Under the pieces are notes generated by a model. The model was not told the DNA's origin and ran no database searches. It saw only the letters and a program-made list of their open reading frames with translations. From contig NC_092675.1 in assembly GCF_964355755.1 (NCBI RefSeq), forward strand, positions 8,737,812 to 8,801,811: 64,000 bases of DNA. Direction: 5' to 3'. Within the stretch, counting starts at the first letter, position 1; each line of letters starts with the position of its first letter. The position numbers and the translations under genes were made by a program. This document shows, in pieces, positions 36,101 through 51,664 of the stretch. The stretch comes from Antedon mediterranea (Eukaryota > Animalia > Echinodermata).

Positions 36101-39100
36101 TTACCTTTCAATTATGTTTTTTGACAGTAACTATAAGATCTTTCTCAGTTATAATCTTGAACCGCAAGTAACCGAATGTCTACAACCATACCACGTTGAA
36201 AACACCGGTTCTCGTCCGAACACCGCAGTTAAACAACGTCGGGCCTGGTTAGTACTTGGATGGGAGACCGCCTGGGAATACCTGGTGTCGTAGACCTATG
36301 TTTAACTTTTTTAAATTATACTAAATAAAGTTTATTTTACCTTTCAATTATATTTTTATGACAGTAACTATAAGATCTTTCTAAGTTATAATCTTAAACC
36401 GCAAGTAACCGAACGTCTACAACCATACCACGTTGAAAACACCGGTTCTCCACCGAACACCGCAGTTAAACAACGTCGGGCCTGGTTAGTACTTGGATGG
36501 GAGACCGCCTGGGAATACCTGGTGTCGTAGACCTATGTTTAACTTTTTATAAATTATACTAAACAATGTTTATTTTACCTTTCAATTATGTTTTTTGACA
36601 GTAACTATAAGATCTTTCTCAGTTATAATCTTGAACCGCAAGTAAACGAATGTCTACAACCATACCACGTTGAAAACACCGGTTCTCGTCCGAACACCGC
36701 AGTTAAACAACGTCGGGCCTCGTTAGTACTTGGATGGGAGAACACCAGGGAATACGTGGTGTCGTAGACCTATGTTTAACTTTTTTAAATTATACTAAAT
36801 AAAGTTTATTTTACCTTTCAATTATATTTTTATGACAGTAACTATAAGATCTTTCAAAGTTATAATCTTGAACCGCAAGTAACCGAATGTCTACAACCGT
36901 ACCAGGTTGCCTAGCCTGTGAATATCTGTTGTCGTACACCTGTTTTTATCTTTATAATAATCCTAAAATATAGTCTCGTTTAAGTGTTTCTATTTTCCAA
37001 AAATGTGTTTATACTGTTGATGATAGTATAAGTAAATAAATTCAAACTGTAACCGCAATTAATCGAAAGTTTTTCAACTAAACTGCATTGAAAACAACGG
37101 TTCTCGTCCGATCACTGAAGTTAAACAAGTTGTTGTTCAAAGACATGTTTGTTGTTGTATGTTGCTGCTGTGGTGACGGTACAAACGTCACTGTACTACG
37201 CGGGCGTCCACTTGTGTGCGCGTTTGATTCTTAGCAACAACGCGGCCTGAATCTTTTGTACATGCCGCTATTGTGTTATGCTTCTTTGTACAGTGTTATT
37301 GTTTCCTTTATATTATCTTTTTAAGAACCTCAGTATAACTTTTTAAATTATACTAAACAAAGTTGAATTTACCTTTCAAGTATGTGTTTCTTCAACAGAA
37401 GTGGGTGTAAATACCAACGTCATGGTTTCAGCAGCTGCTAATTTCAATCCTAGAAAATGTTCTATAATAAATGAACAAAACTATTAGGTTATAGGATATA
37501 TATGTTTATATAGATTTTGACAGTGAATATAAGATTTATATATACTTGAACCGCAAGTAACCGAACGTCTAGAATCATACCAAGTTGAAAACACCGGTTC
37601 TCGTCCGAACACCGCAGTTAAACAACGTCGGCCTCGTTAGTACTTGGATGGGAGACCGCCTGGGAATACCTGGTGTCGTAGACCTATGTTTAACTTTTTT
37701 AAATTATACTAAACAAAGTTTATTTTACCTTTCAATTATGTTTTTATGACAGTAACCTATAAGATCTTTCTAAGTTATAATCTTGAACCACAAGTAACCG
37801 AACGTCTACAACCATACCACGTTGAAAACACCGGTTCTCCTCCGAACACCGCAGTTAAACAACGTCTGGCCTGGTTAGTACTTGGATGGGAGACCGCCTG
37901 GGAATACCTTGTGTCGTAGACCTATGTTTAACTTTTTTAAATTATACTAAACAATGTTTATTTTACCTTTCAATTATGTTTTTTGACAGTAACTATAAGA
38001 TCTTTCTCAGTTATAATCTTGAACCGCAAGTAACCGAATGTCTACAACCATACCACGTTGAAAACACCGGTTCTCGTCCGAACACCGCAGTTAAACAACG
38101 TCGGGCCTGGTTAGTACTTGGATGGGAGACCGCCTGGGAATACCTGGTGTCGTAGACCTATGTTTAACTTTTTTAAATTATACTAAATAAAGTTTATTTT
38201 ACCTTTCAATTATATTTTTATGACAGTAACTATAAGATCTTTCTAAGTTATAATCTTAAACCGCAAGTAACCGAACGTCTACAACCATACCACGTTGAAA
38301 ACACCGGTTCTCCACCGAACACCGCAGTTAAACAACGTCGGGCCTGGTTAGTACTTGGATGGGAGACCGCCTGGGAATACCTGGTGTCGTAGACCTATGT
38401 TTAACTTTTTATAAATTATACTAAACAATGTTTATTTTACCTTTCAATTATGTTTTTTGACAGTAACTATAAGATCTTTCTCAGTTATAATCTTGAACCG
38501 CAAGTAAACGAATGTCTACAACCATACCACGTTGAAAACACCGGTTCTCGTCCGAACACCGCAGTTAAACAACGTCGGGCCTCGTTAGTACTTGGATGGG
38601 AGAACACCAGGGAATACGTGGTGTCGTAGACCTATGTTTAACTTTTTTAAATTATACTAAATAAAGTTTATTTTACCTTTCAATTATATTTTTATGACAG
38701 TAACTATAAGATCTTTCAAAGTTATAATCTTGAACCGCAAGTAACCGAATGTCTACAACCGTACCAGGTTGCCTAGCCTGTGAATATCTGTTGTCGTACA
38801 CCTGTTTTTATCTTTTTAATAATCCTAAAATATAGTCTCGTTTAAGTGTTTCTATTTTCCAAAAATGTGTTTATACTGTTGATGATAGTATAAGTTAAGT
38901 AAATAAATTCAAACTGTAACCGCAATTAATCGAAAGTTTTTCAACTAAACTGCATTGAAAACAACGGTTCTCGTCCGATCACTGAAGTTAAACAAGTTGT
39001 TGTTCAAAGACATGTTTGTTGTTGTATGTTGCTGCTGTGGTGACGGTACAAACGTCACTGTACTACGCGGGCGTCCACTTGTGTGCGCGTTTGATTCTTA

Positions 39101-42100
39101 GCAACAACGCGGCCTGAATCTTTTGTACATGCCGCTATTGTGTTATGCTTCTTTGTACTGTGTTATTGTTTCCTTTATATTATCTTTTTAAGAACCTCAG
39201 TATAACTTTTTAAATTATACTAAACAAAGTTGAATTTACCTTTCAAGTATGTGTTTCTTCAACAGAAGTGGGTGTAAATACCAACGTCATGGTTTCAGCA
39301 GCTGCTAATTTCAATCCTAGAAAATGTTCTATAATAAATGAACAAAACTATTAGGTTATAGGATATATATGTTTATAGAGATTTTGACAGTGAATATAAG
39401 ATTTATATATACTTGAACCGCAAGTAACCGAACGTCTACAATCATACCACGTTGAAAATACCGGTTCTCGTCCGAACACCGCAGTTAAACAACGTCGGGC
39501 CTCGTTAGTACTTGGATGGGAGACCGCCTGGGAATACCTGGTGTCGTAGACCTATGTTTAACTTTTTTAAATTATACTAAACAAAGTTTATTTTACCTCT
39601 CAATTATGTTTTTATGACAGTAACTATAAGATCTTTCTAAGTTATAATCTTGAACCGCAAGTAACCGAACGTCTACAACCATACCACGTTGAAAACACCG
39701 GTTCTCCTCCGAATACCGCAGTTAAACAACGTCGGGCCTGGTTAGTACTTGGATGGGAGACCGCCTGGGAATACCTTGTGTCGTAGACCTATGTTTAACT
39801 TTTTTAAATTATACTAAACAATGTTTATTTTACCTTTCAATTATGTTTTTTGACAGTAACTATAAGATCTTTCTCAGTTATAATCTTGAACCGCAAGTAA
39901 CCGAATGTCTACAACCATACCACGTTGAAAACACCGGTTCTCGTCCGAACACCGCAGTTAAACAACGTCGGGCCTGGTTAGTACTTGGATGGGAGACCGC
40001 CTGGGAATACCTGGTGTCGTAGACCTATGTTTAACTTTTTTACATTATACTAAACAATGTTTATTTTACCTTTCAATTATGTTTTTTGACAGTAACTATA
40101 AGATCTTTCTCAGTTATAATCTTGAACCGCAAGTAACCGAATGTCTACAACCATACCACGTTGAAAACACCGGTTCTCGTACGTCCGAACACCACAGTTA
40201 AACAACGTCGGGCCTGGTTAGTACTTGGATGGGAGACCGCCTGGGAATACCTGGTGTCGTAGACCTATGTTTAACTTTTTAAATTATACTAAACAATGTT
40301 TATTTTACCTTTCAATTATGTTTTTATGACAGTAACTATAAGATCTTTCTAAGTTATAATCTTGAACCGCAAGTAACCGAACGTCTACAACCATACTACG
40401 TTGAAAACACCGGTTCTCGTCCGAACACCGCAGTTAAACAATGTCGGGCCTGGTTAGTACTTGGATGGAAGACCGCCTGGGAATACCTGGTGTCGTAGAC
40501 CTATGTTTAACTTTTTTCAATTATACTAAACAAAGTTTATTTTACCTTTCAATTATGTTTTTATGACAGTAACTATAAGATCTTTCTAAGTTATAATCTT
40601 GAACCGCAAGTAACCGAACGTCTACAACCATACCACGTTGAAAACACCGGTTCTCGTCCGAACACCGCAGTTAAACAACGTCGGGCCTGGTTAGTACTTG
40701 GATGGGAGACCGCCTGGGAATACCTGGTGTCGTAGACCTATGTTTAACTTTTTTAAATTATACTAAACAAAGTTTATTTTACCTTTCAATTATGTTTTTA
40801 TGACAGTAACTATAAGATCTTTCTAAGTTATAATCTTGAACCGCAAGTAACCGAACGTCTACAACCATACCACGTTGAAAACACCGGTTCTCGTCCGAAC
40901 ACCGCAGTTAAACAACGTCGGGCCTGGTTAGTACTTGGATGGGAGACCGCCTGGGAATACCTGGTTTCGTAGACCTATGTTTAACTTTTTTAAATTATAC
41001 TAAACAATGTTTATTATACCTTTCAATTATGTTTTTATGACAGTAACTATAAGATCTTTCTAAGTTATAATCTTGAACCGCAAGTAACCGAACGTCTACA
41101 ACCATACCACGTTGAAAACACCGGTTCTCCTCCGAACACCGCAGTTAAACAACGTCGGGCCTGGTTAGTACTTGGATGGGAGACCGCCTGGGAATACCTT
41201 GTGTCGTAGACCTATGTTTAACTTTTTTAAATTATACTAAACAATGTTTATTTTACCTTTCAATTATGTTTTTTGACAGTAACTATAAGATCTTTCTCAG
41301 TTATAATCTTGAACCGCAAGTAACCGAATGTCTACAACCATACCACGTTGAAAACACCGGTTCTCGTCCGAACACCGCAGTTAAACAACGTCGGGCCTGG
41401 TTAGTACTTGGATGGGAGACCGCCTGGGAATACCTGGTGTCGTAGACCTATGTTTAACTTTTTTAAATTATACTAAACAAAGTTTATTTTACCTTTCAAT
41501 TATGTTTTTATGACAGTAACTATAAGATCTTTCTCAGTTATAATCTTGAACCGCAAGTAAACGAACGTCTACAACCATACCACGTTGAAAACACCGGTTC
41601 TCGTTCGAACTCGTTAAACAACGTCGGGCCTGGTTAGTACTTGGATGGGAGACCGCCTGGGAATACCTGGTGTCGTAGACCTATGTTTAACTTTTTTAAA
41701 TTATACTAAACAAAGTTTATTTTACCTTTCAATTATGTTTTTATGACAGTAACTATAAGATCTTTCTCAGTTATAATCTTGAACCGCAAGTAACCGAACG
41801 TCTACAACCATACCACGTTGAAAACGCCGGTTCTCGTCCGAACACCGCAGTTAAACAACGTCGGGCCTGGTTAGTACTTGGATGGGAGACCGCCTGGGAA
41901 TACCTGGTGTCGTAGACCTATGTGTAACTTTTTTAAACTATACTAAATAAAGTTTATTTTACCTTTCAATTATATTTTTATGACAGTAACTATAAGATCT
42001 TTCTAAGTTATAATCTTGAACCGCAAGTAACCGAATGTCTACAACCGTACCAGGTTGCCTAGCCTGTGAATATCTGTTGTCGTATACCTGTTTTTATCTT

Positions 42101-45100
42101 TTTAATAATCCTAAAATATAGTCTCGTTTAAGTGTTTCGATTTTCCAAAAATGTGTTTATACTGTTGATGATAGTATAAGTAAAAAAATTCAAACTGTAA
42201 CCGCAATTAATCGAAAGTTTTTCAACTAAACTGCATTGAAAACAACGGTTCTCGTCCGATCACTGAAGTTAAACAAGTTGTTGTTCAAAGACATGTTTGT
42301 TGTTGTATGTTGCTGCTGTGGTGACGGTACAAACGTCACTGTACTACGCGGGCGTCCACTTGTGTGCGCGTTTGATTCTTAGCAACAAAGCGGCCTGAAT
42401 CTTTTGTACATGCCGCTAATGTGTTATGCTTCATTGTACAGTGTTATTGTTTCCTTTATATTATCTTTTTAAGAACCTCAGTATAACTTTTTAAATTATA
42501 CTAAACAAAGTTGAATTTACCTTTCAAGTATGTGTTTCTTCAACAGAAGTGGGTGTAAATATCAACGTCATGGTTTCAGCAGCTGCTAATTTCAATCCTA
42601 GAAAATGTTCTATAATAAATGAACAAAAGTATTAGGTTATAGGTTATATGTGTTTATAGAGATTTTGACAGTGAATATAAGATTTATATATACTTTGAAC
42701 CGCAAGTAACCGAACGTCTACAACCATACCATGTTGAAAATACCGGTTCTCGTCCGAACACCGCAGTTAAACAACGTCGGGCCTCGTTAGTACTTGGATG
42801 GGAGACCGCCTGGGAATACCTGGTGTCGTAGACCTATGTTTAACTTTTTTAAATTATACTAAACAAAGTTTATTTTACCTTTCAATTATGTTTTTATGAC
42901 AGTAACTATAAGATATTTCTAAGTTATAATCTTGAACCGCAAGTAACCGAACGTCTACAACCATACCACGTTGAAAACACCGGTTCTCGTCCGAACACCG
43001 CAGTTAAACAACGTCGGGCCTCGTTAGTACTTGGATGGGAGACCGCCTGGGAATACCTGGTGTCGTAGACCTATGTTTAACTTTTTTAAATTATACTAAA
43101 CAATGTTTATTTTACCTTTCAATTATGTTTTTTGACAGTAACTATAAGATCTTTCTAAGTTATAATCTTGAACCGCAAGTAACCGAACGTCTACAACCAT
43201 ACCACGTTGAAAACACCGGTTCTCGTCCGAACACCGCAGTTAAACAACGTCGGGCCTGGTTAGTACTTGGATGGGAGACCGCCTGGGAATACCTGGTGTC
43301 GTAGACCTATGTTTAACTTTTTTAAATTATACTAAACAATGTTTATTTTACCTTTCAATTATGTTTTTTGACAGTAACTATAAGATCTTTCTCAGTTATA
43401 ATCTTGAACCGCAAGTAACCGAATGTCTACAACCATACCACGTTGAAAACACCGGTTCTCGTCCGAACACCGCAGTTAAACAACGTTGGGCCTGGTTAGT
43501 ACTTGGATGGGAGACCGCCTGGGAATACCTGGTGTCGTAGACCTATGTTGAACTTTTTTAAATTATACTAAACAATGTTTATTTTACCTTTCAATTATGT
43601 TTTTATGACAGTAACTATAAGATCTTTCAAAGTTATAATCTTGAACCGCAAGTAACCGAATGTCTACAACCATACCACGTTGAAAACACCGGTTCTCGTC
43701 GGAACACCGCAGTTAAACAACGTCGGGCCTGGTTAGTACTTGGATGTGAGACCGCCTGGGAATACCTGGTGTCATAGACCTATGTTTAACTTTTTTAAAT
43801 TATACTAAATAAAGTTTATTTTACCTTTCAATTATATTTTTATGACAGTAACTATAAGATCTTTCAAAGTTATAACCTTGAACCGCAAGTAACCGAATGT
43901 CTACAACCGTACCAGGTTGCCTAGCCTGTGAATATCTGTTGTCGTACACCTGTTTTTATCTTTTTAATAATCCTAAAATATAGTCTCGTTTAAGTGTTTC
44001 TATTTTCCAAAAATGTGTTTATACTGTTGATGATAGTATAAGTAAATAAATTCAAACTGTAACCGCAATTAATCGAAAGTTTTTCAACTAAACTGCATTG
44101 AAAACAACGGTTCTCGTCCGATCACTGAAGTTAAACAAGTTGTTGTTCAAAGACATGTTTGTTGTTGTATGTTGCTGCTGTGGTGACGGTACAAACGTCA
44201 CTGTACTACGCGGGCGTCCACTTGTGTGCGCGTTTGATTCTTAGCAACAAAGCGGCCTGAATCTTTTGTACATGCCGCTATTGTGTTATGCTTCTTTGTA
44301 CAGTGTTATTGTTTCTTTTATATTATCTTTTTAAGAACCTCAGTATAACTTTTTAAATTATACTAAACAAAGTTGAATTTACCTTTCAAGTATGTGTTTC
44401 TTCAACAGAAGTGGGTGTAAATACCAACGTCATGGTTTCAGCAGCTGCTAATTTCAATCCTAGAAAATGTTCTATAATAAATGAACAAAACTATTAGGTT
44501 ATAGGATATATATGTTTATAGAGATTTTGACAGTGAATATAAGATTTATATATACTTGAACCGCAAGTAACCGAACGTCTACAATCATACCACGTTGAAA
44601 ACACCGGTTCTCGTCCGAACACCGCAGTTAAACAACGTCGGGCCTCGTTAGTACTTGGATGGGAGACCGCCTGGGAATACCTGGTGTCGTAGACCTATGT
44701 TTAACTTTTTTAAATTATACTAAACAAAGTTTATTTTACCTTTCAATTATGTTTTTATGACAGTAACTATAAGATCTTTCTAAGTTATAATCTTGAACCG
44801 CAAGTAACCGAACGTCTACAACCATACCACGTTGAAAACACCGGTTCTCCTCCGAACACCGCAGTTAAACAACGTCGGGCCTGGTTAGTACTTGGATGGG
44901 AGACCGCCTGGGAATACCTGGTGTCGTAGACCTATGTTTAACTTTTTTAAATTATACTAAACAATGTTTATTTTACCTTTCAATTATGTTTTTTGACAGT
45001 AACTATAAGATCTTTCTCAGTTATAATCTTGAACCGCAAGTAACCGAATTTCTACAACCATACCACGTTGAAAACACCGGTTCTCGTCGGAACACCGCAG

Positions 45101-48100
45101 TTAAACAACGTCGGGCCTGGTTAGTACTTGGATGGGAGACCGCCTGGGAATACCTGGTGTCGTAGACCTATGTTTAACTTTTTTAAATTATACTAAATAA
45201 AGTTTATTTTACCTTTCAATTATATTTTTATGACAGTAACTATAAGATCTTTCAAAGTTATAACCTTGAACCGCAAGTAACCGAATGTCTACAACCGTAC
45301 CAGGTTGCCTAGCCTGTGAATATCTGTTGTCGTACACCTGTTTTTATCTTTTTAATAATCCTAAAATATAGTCTCGTTTAAGTGTTTCTATTTTCCAAAA
45401 ATGTGTTTATACTGTTGATGATAGTATAAGTAAATAAATTCAAACTGTAACCGCAATTAATCGAAAGTTTTTCAACTAAACTGCATTGAAAACAACGGTT
45501 CTCGTCCGATCACTGAAGTTAAACAAGTTGTTGTTCAAAGACATGTTTGTTGTTGTATGTTGCTGCTGTGGTGACGGTACAAACGTCACTGTACTACGCG
45601 GGCGTCCACTTGTGTGCGCGTTTGATTCTTAGCAACAAAGCGGCCTGAATCTTTTGTACATGCCGCTATTGTGTTATGCTTCTTTGTACAGTGTTATTGT
45701 TTCTTTTATATTATCTTTTTAAGAACCTCAGTATAACTTTTTAAATTATACTAAACAAAGTTGAATTTACCTTTCAAGTATGTGTTTCTTCAACAGAAGT
45801 GGGTGTAAATACCAACGTCATGGTTTCAGCAGCTGCTAATTTCAATCCTAGAAAATGTTCTATAATAAATGAACAAAACTATTAGGTTATAGGATATATA
45901 TGTTTATAGAGATTTTGACAGTGAATATAAGATTTATATATACTTGAACCGCAAGTAACCGAACGTCTACAATCATACCACGTTGAAAACACCGGTTCTC
46001 GTCCGAACACCGCAGTTAAACAACGTCGGGCCTGGTTAGTACTTGGATGGGAGACCGCCTGGGAATACCTGGTGTCGTAGACCTATGTTTAACTTTTTTA
46101 AATTATACTAAACAATGTTTATTTTACCTTTCAATTATGTTTTTTGACAGTAACTATAAGATCTTTCTCAGTTATAATCTTGAACCGCAAGTAACCGAAT
46201 TTCTACAACCATACCACGTTGAAAACACCGGTTCTCGTCCGAACACCGCAGTTAAACAACGTTGGGCCTGGTTAGTACTTGGATGGGAGACCGCCTGGGA
46301 ATACCTGGTGTCGTAGACCTATGTTGAACTTTTTTAAATTATACTAAACAATGTTTATTTTACCTTTCAATTATGTTTTTATGACAGTAACTATAAGATC
46401 TTTCAAAGTTATAATCTTGAACCGCAAGTAACCGAATGTCTACAACCATACCACGTTGAAAACACCGGTTCTCGTCGGAACACCGCAGTTAAACAACGTC
46501 GGGCCTGGTTAGTACTTGGATGGGAGACCGCCTGGGAATACCTGGTGTCGTAGACCTATGTTTAACTTTTTTAAATTATACTAAATAAAGTTTATTTTAC
46601 CTTTCAATTATATTTTTATGACAGTAACTATAAGATCTTTCAAAGTTATAACCTTGAACCGCAAGTAACCGAATGTCTACAACCGTACCAGGTTGCCTAG
46701 CCTGTGAATATCTGTTGTCGTACACCTGTTTTTATCTTTTTAATAATTCTAAAATATAGTCTCGTTTAAGTGTTTCTATTTTCCAAAAATGTGTTTATAC
46801 TGTTGATGATAGTATAAGTAAATAAATTCAAACTGTAACCGCAATTAATCGAAAGTTTTTCAACTAAACTGCATTGAAAACAACGGTTCTCGTCCGATCA
46901 CTGAAGTTAAACAAGTTGTTGTTCAAAGACATGTTTGTTGTTGTATGTTGCTGCTGTGGTGACGGTACAAACGTCACTGTACTACGCGGGCGTCCACTTG
47001 TGTGCGCGTTTGATTCTTAGCAACAAAGCGGCCTGAATCTTTTGTACATGCCGCTATTGTGTTATGCTTCTTTGTACAGTGTTATTGTTTCTTTTATATT
47101 ATCTTTTTAAGAACCTCAGTATAACTTTTTAAATTATACTAAACAAAGTTGAATTTACCTTTCAAGTATGTGTTTCTTCAACAGAAGTGGGTGTAAATAC
47201 CAACGTCATGGTTTCAGCAGCTGCTAATTTCAATCCTAGAAAATGTTCTATAATAAATGAACAAAACTATTAGGTTATAGGATATATATGTTTATAGAGA
47301 TTTTGACAGTGAATATAAGATTTATATATACTTGAACCGCAAGTAACCGAACGTCTACAATCATACCACGTTGAAAACACCGGTTCTCGTCCGAACACCG
47401 CAGTTAAACAACGTCGGGCCTCGTTAGTACTTGGATGGGAGACCGCCTGGGAATACCTGGTGTCGTAGACCTATGTTTAACTTTTTTAAATTATACTAAA
47501 CAAAGTTTATTTTACCTTTCAATTATGTTTTTATGACAGTAACTATAAGATCTTTCTAAGTTATAATCTTGAACCGCAAGTAACCGAACGTCTACAACCA
47601 TACCACGTTGAAAACACCGGTTCTCCTCCGAACACCGCAGTTAAACAACGTCGGGCCTGGTTAGTACTTGGATGGGAGACCGCCTGGGAATACCTGGTGT
47701 CGTAGACCTATGTTTAACTTTTTTAAATTATACTAAACAATGTTTATTTTACCTTTCAATTATGTTTTTTGACAGTAACTATAAGATCTTTCTCAGTTAT
47801 AATCTTGAACCGCAAGTAACCGAATTTCTACAACCATACCACGTTGAAAACACCGGTTCTCGTCGGAACACCGCAGTTAAACAACGTCGGGCCTGGTTAG
47901 TACTTGGATGGGAGACCGCCTGGGAATACCTGGTGTCGTAGACCTATGTTTAACTTTTTTAAATTATACTAAATAAAGTTTATTTTACCTTTCAATTATA
48001 TTTTTATGACAGTAACTATAAGATCTTTCAAAGTTATAACCTTGAACCGCAAGTAACCGAATGTCTACAACCGTACCAGGTTGCCTAGCCTGTGAATATC

Positions 48101-51100
48101 TGTTGTCGTACACCTGTTTTTATCTTTTTAATAATCCTAAAATATAGTCTCGTTTAAGTGTTTCTATTTTCCAAAAATGTGTTTATACTGTTGATGATAG
48201 TATAAGTAAATAAATTCAAACTGTAACCGCAATTAATCGAAAGTTTTTCAACTAAACTGCATTGAAAACAACGGTTCTCGTCCGATCACTGAAGTTAAAC
48301 AAGTTGTTGTTCAAAGACATGTTTGTTGTTGTATGTTGCTGCTGTGGTGACGGTACAAACGTCACTGTACTACGCGGGCGTCCACTTGTGTGCGCGTTTG
48401 ATTCTTAGCAACAAAGCGGCCTGAATCTTTTGTACATGCCGCTATTGTGTTATGCTTCTTTGTACAGTGTTATTGTTTCTTTTATATTATCTTTTTAAGA
48501 ACCTCAGTATAACTTTTTAAATTATACTAAACAAAGTTGAATTTACCTTTCAAGTATGTGTTTCTTCAACAGAAGTGGGTGTAAATACCAACGTCATGGT
48601 TTCAGCAGCTGCTAATTTCAATCCTAGAAAATGTTCTATAATAAATGAACAAAACTATTAGGTTATAGGATATATATGTTTATAGAGATTTTGACAGTGA
48701 ATATAAGATTTATATATACTTGAACCGCAAGTAACCGAACGTCTACAATCATACCACGTTGAAAACACCGGTTCTCGTCCGAACACCGCAGTTAAACAAC
48801 GTCGGGCCTCGTTAGTACTTGGATGGGAGACCGCCTGGGAATACCTGGTGTCGTAGACCTATGTTTAACTTTTTTAAATTATACTAAACAAAGTTTATTT
48901 TACCTTTCAATTATGTTTTTATGACAGTAACTATAAGATCTTTCTAAGTTATAATCTTGAACCGCAAGTAACCGAACGTCTACAACCATACCACGTTGAA
49001 AACACCGGTTCTCCTCCGAACACCGCAGTTAAACAACGTCGGGCCTGGTTAGTACTTGGATGGGAGACCGCCTGGGAATACCTGGTGTCGTAGACCTATG
49101 TTTAACTTTTTTAAATTATACTAAACAATGTTTATTTTACCTTTCAATTATGTTTTTTGACAGTAACTATAAGATCTTTCTCAGTTATAATCTTGAACCG
49201 CAAGTAACCGAATTTCTACAACCATACCACGTTGAAAACACCGGTTCTCGTCCGAACACCGCAGTTAAACAACGTCGGGCCTGGTTAGTACTTGGATGGG
49301 AGACCGCCTGGGAATACCTGGTGTCGTAGACCTATGTTTAACTTTTTTAAATTATACTAAATAAAGTTTATTTTACCTTTCAATTATATTTTTATGACAG
49401 TAACTATAAGATCTTTCAAAGTTATAACCTTGAACCGCAAGTAACCGAATGTCTACAACCGTACCAGGTTGAAAACACCGGTTCTCGTCCGAACACCGCA
49501 GTTAAACAACGTCGGGCCTTGTTAGTACTTGGATGGGAGACCGCCTGGGAATACCTGGTGTCTTAGACCTATGTTTAACTTTTTTAAATTATACTAAACA
49601 ATGTTTATTTTACCTTTCAATTATGTTTTTTGACAGTAACTATAAGATCTTTCTCAGTTATAATCTTGAACCGCAAGTAACCGAACGTCTACAACCATAC
49701 CACGTTGAAAACACCGGTTCTCGTCCGAACACCGCAGTTAAACAACGTCGGGCCTGGTTAGTACTTGGATGGGAGACCGCCTGGGAATACCTGGTGTCGT
49801 AGACCTATGTTTAACTTTTTTAAATTATACTAAACAAAGTTTATTTTACCTTTCAATTATGTTTTTATGACAGTAACTATAAGATCTTTCTCAGTTATAA
49901 TCTTGAACCGCAAGTAAACGAACGTCTACAACCATACCACGTTGAAAACACCGGTTCTCGTTCGAACTCGTTAAACAACGTCGGGCCTGGTTAGTACTTG
50001 GATGGGAGACCGCCTGGGAATACCTGGTGTCGTAGACCTATGTTTAACTTTTTTAAATTATACTAAATAAAGTTTATTTTACCTTTCAATTATATTTTTA
50101 TGACAGTAACTATAAGATCTTTCTAAGTTATAATCTTGAACCGCAAGTAACCGAATGTCTACAACCGTACCAGGTTGCCTAGCCTGTGAATATCTGTTGT
50201 CGTACACCTGTTTTTATCTTTTTAATAATCCTAAAATATAGTCTCGTTTAAGTGTTTCGATTTTCCAAAAATGTGTTTATACTGTTGATGATAGTATAAG
50301 TAAATAAATTCAAACTGTAACCGCAATTAATCGAAAGTTTTTCAACTAAACTGCATTGAAAACAACGGTTCTCGTCCGATCACTGAAGTTAAACAAGTTG
50401 TTGTTCAAAGACATGTTTGTTGTTGTATGTTGCTGCTGTGGTGACGGTACAAACGTCACTGTACTACGCGGGCGTCCACTTGTGTGCGCGTTTGATTCTT
50501 AGCAACAAAGCGGCCTGAATCTTTTGTACATGCCGCTAATGTGTTATGCTTCATTGTACAGTGTTATTGTTTCCTTTATATTATCTTTTTAAGAACCTCA
50601 GTAAAACTTTTTAAATTATACTAAAAAAGTTGAATTTACCTTTCAAGTATGTGTTTCTTCAACAGAAGTGGGTGTAAATATCAACGTCATGGTTTCAGCA
50701 GCTGCTAATTTCAATCCTAGAAAATGTTCTATAATAAATGAACAAAAGTATTAGGTTATAGGATATATGTGTTTATAGAGATTTTGACAGTGAATATAAG
50801 ATTTATATATACTTTGAACCGCAAGTAACCGAACGTCTACAACCATACCATGTTGAAAACATCGGTTCTCGTCCGAACACCGCAGTTAAACAACGTCGGG
50901 CCTCGTTAGTACTTGGATGGGAGACCGCCTGGGAATACCTGGTGTCGTAGACCTATGTTTAACTTTTTTAAATTATACTAAACAAAGTTTATTTTACCTT
51001 TCAATTATGTTTTTATGACAGTAACTATAAGATCTTTCTAAGTTATAATCTTGAACCGCAAGTAACCGAACGTCTACAACCATACCACGTTGAAAACACC

Positions 51101-51652
51101 GGTTCTCGTCCGAACACCGCAGTTAAACAACGTCGGGCCTCGTTAGTACTTGGATGGGAGACCGCCTGGGAATACCTGGTGTCGTAGACCTATGTTTAAC
51201 TTTTTTAAATTATACTAAACAAAGTTTATTTTACCTTTCAATTATGTTTTTATGACAGTAACTATAAGATCTTTCTAAGTTATAATCTTGAACCGCAAGT
51301 AACCGAACGTCTACAACCATACCACGTTGAAAACACCGGTTCTCGTCCGAACACCGCAGTTAAACAACGTCGGGCCTGGTTAGTACTTGGATGGGAGACC
51401 GCCTGGGAATGCCTGGTGTCGTAGACCTATGTTTAACTTTTTTAAATTATACTAAACAATGTTTATTTTACCTTTCAATTATGTTTTTTGACAGTAACTA
51501 TAAGATCTTTCTCAGTTATAATCTTGAACCGCAAGTAACCGAATGTCTACAACCATACCACGTTGAAAACACCGGTTCTCGTCCGAACACCGCAGTTAAA
51601 CAACGTTGGGCCTGGTTAGTACTTGGATGGGAGACCGCCTGGGAATACCTGG

Positions 51653-51664
51653 CACGTATCCGCG
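51653..51664 (+). repeat. Left terminal inverted repeat CACGTATCCGCG
   Basis: Exact reverse complement of 58224-58235. Confidence 0.97.
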
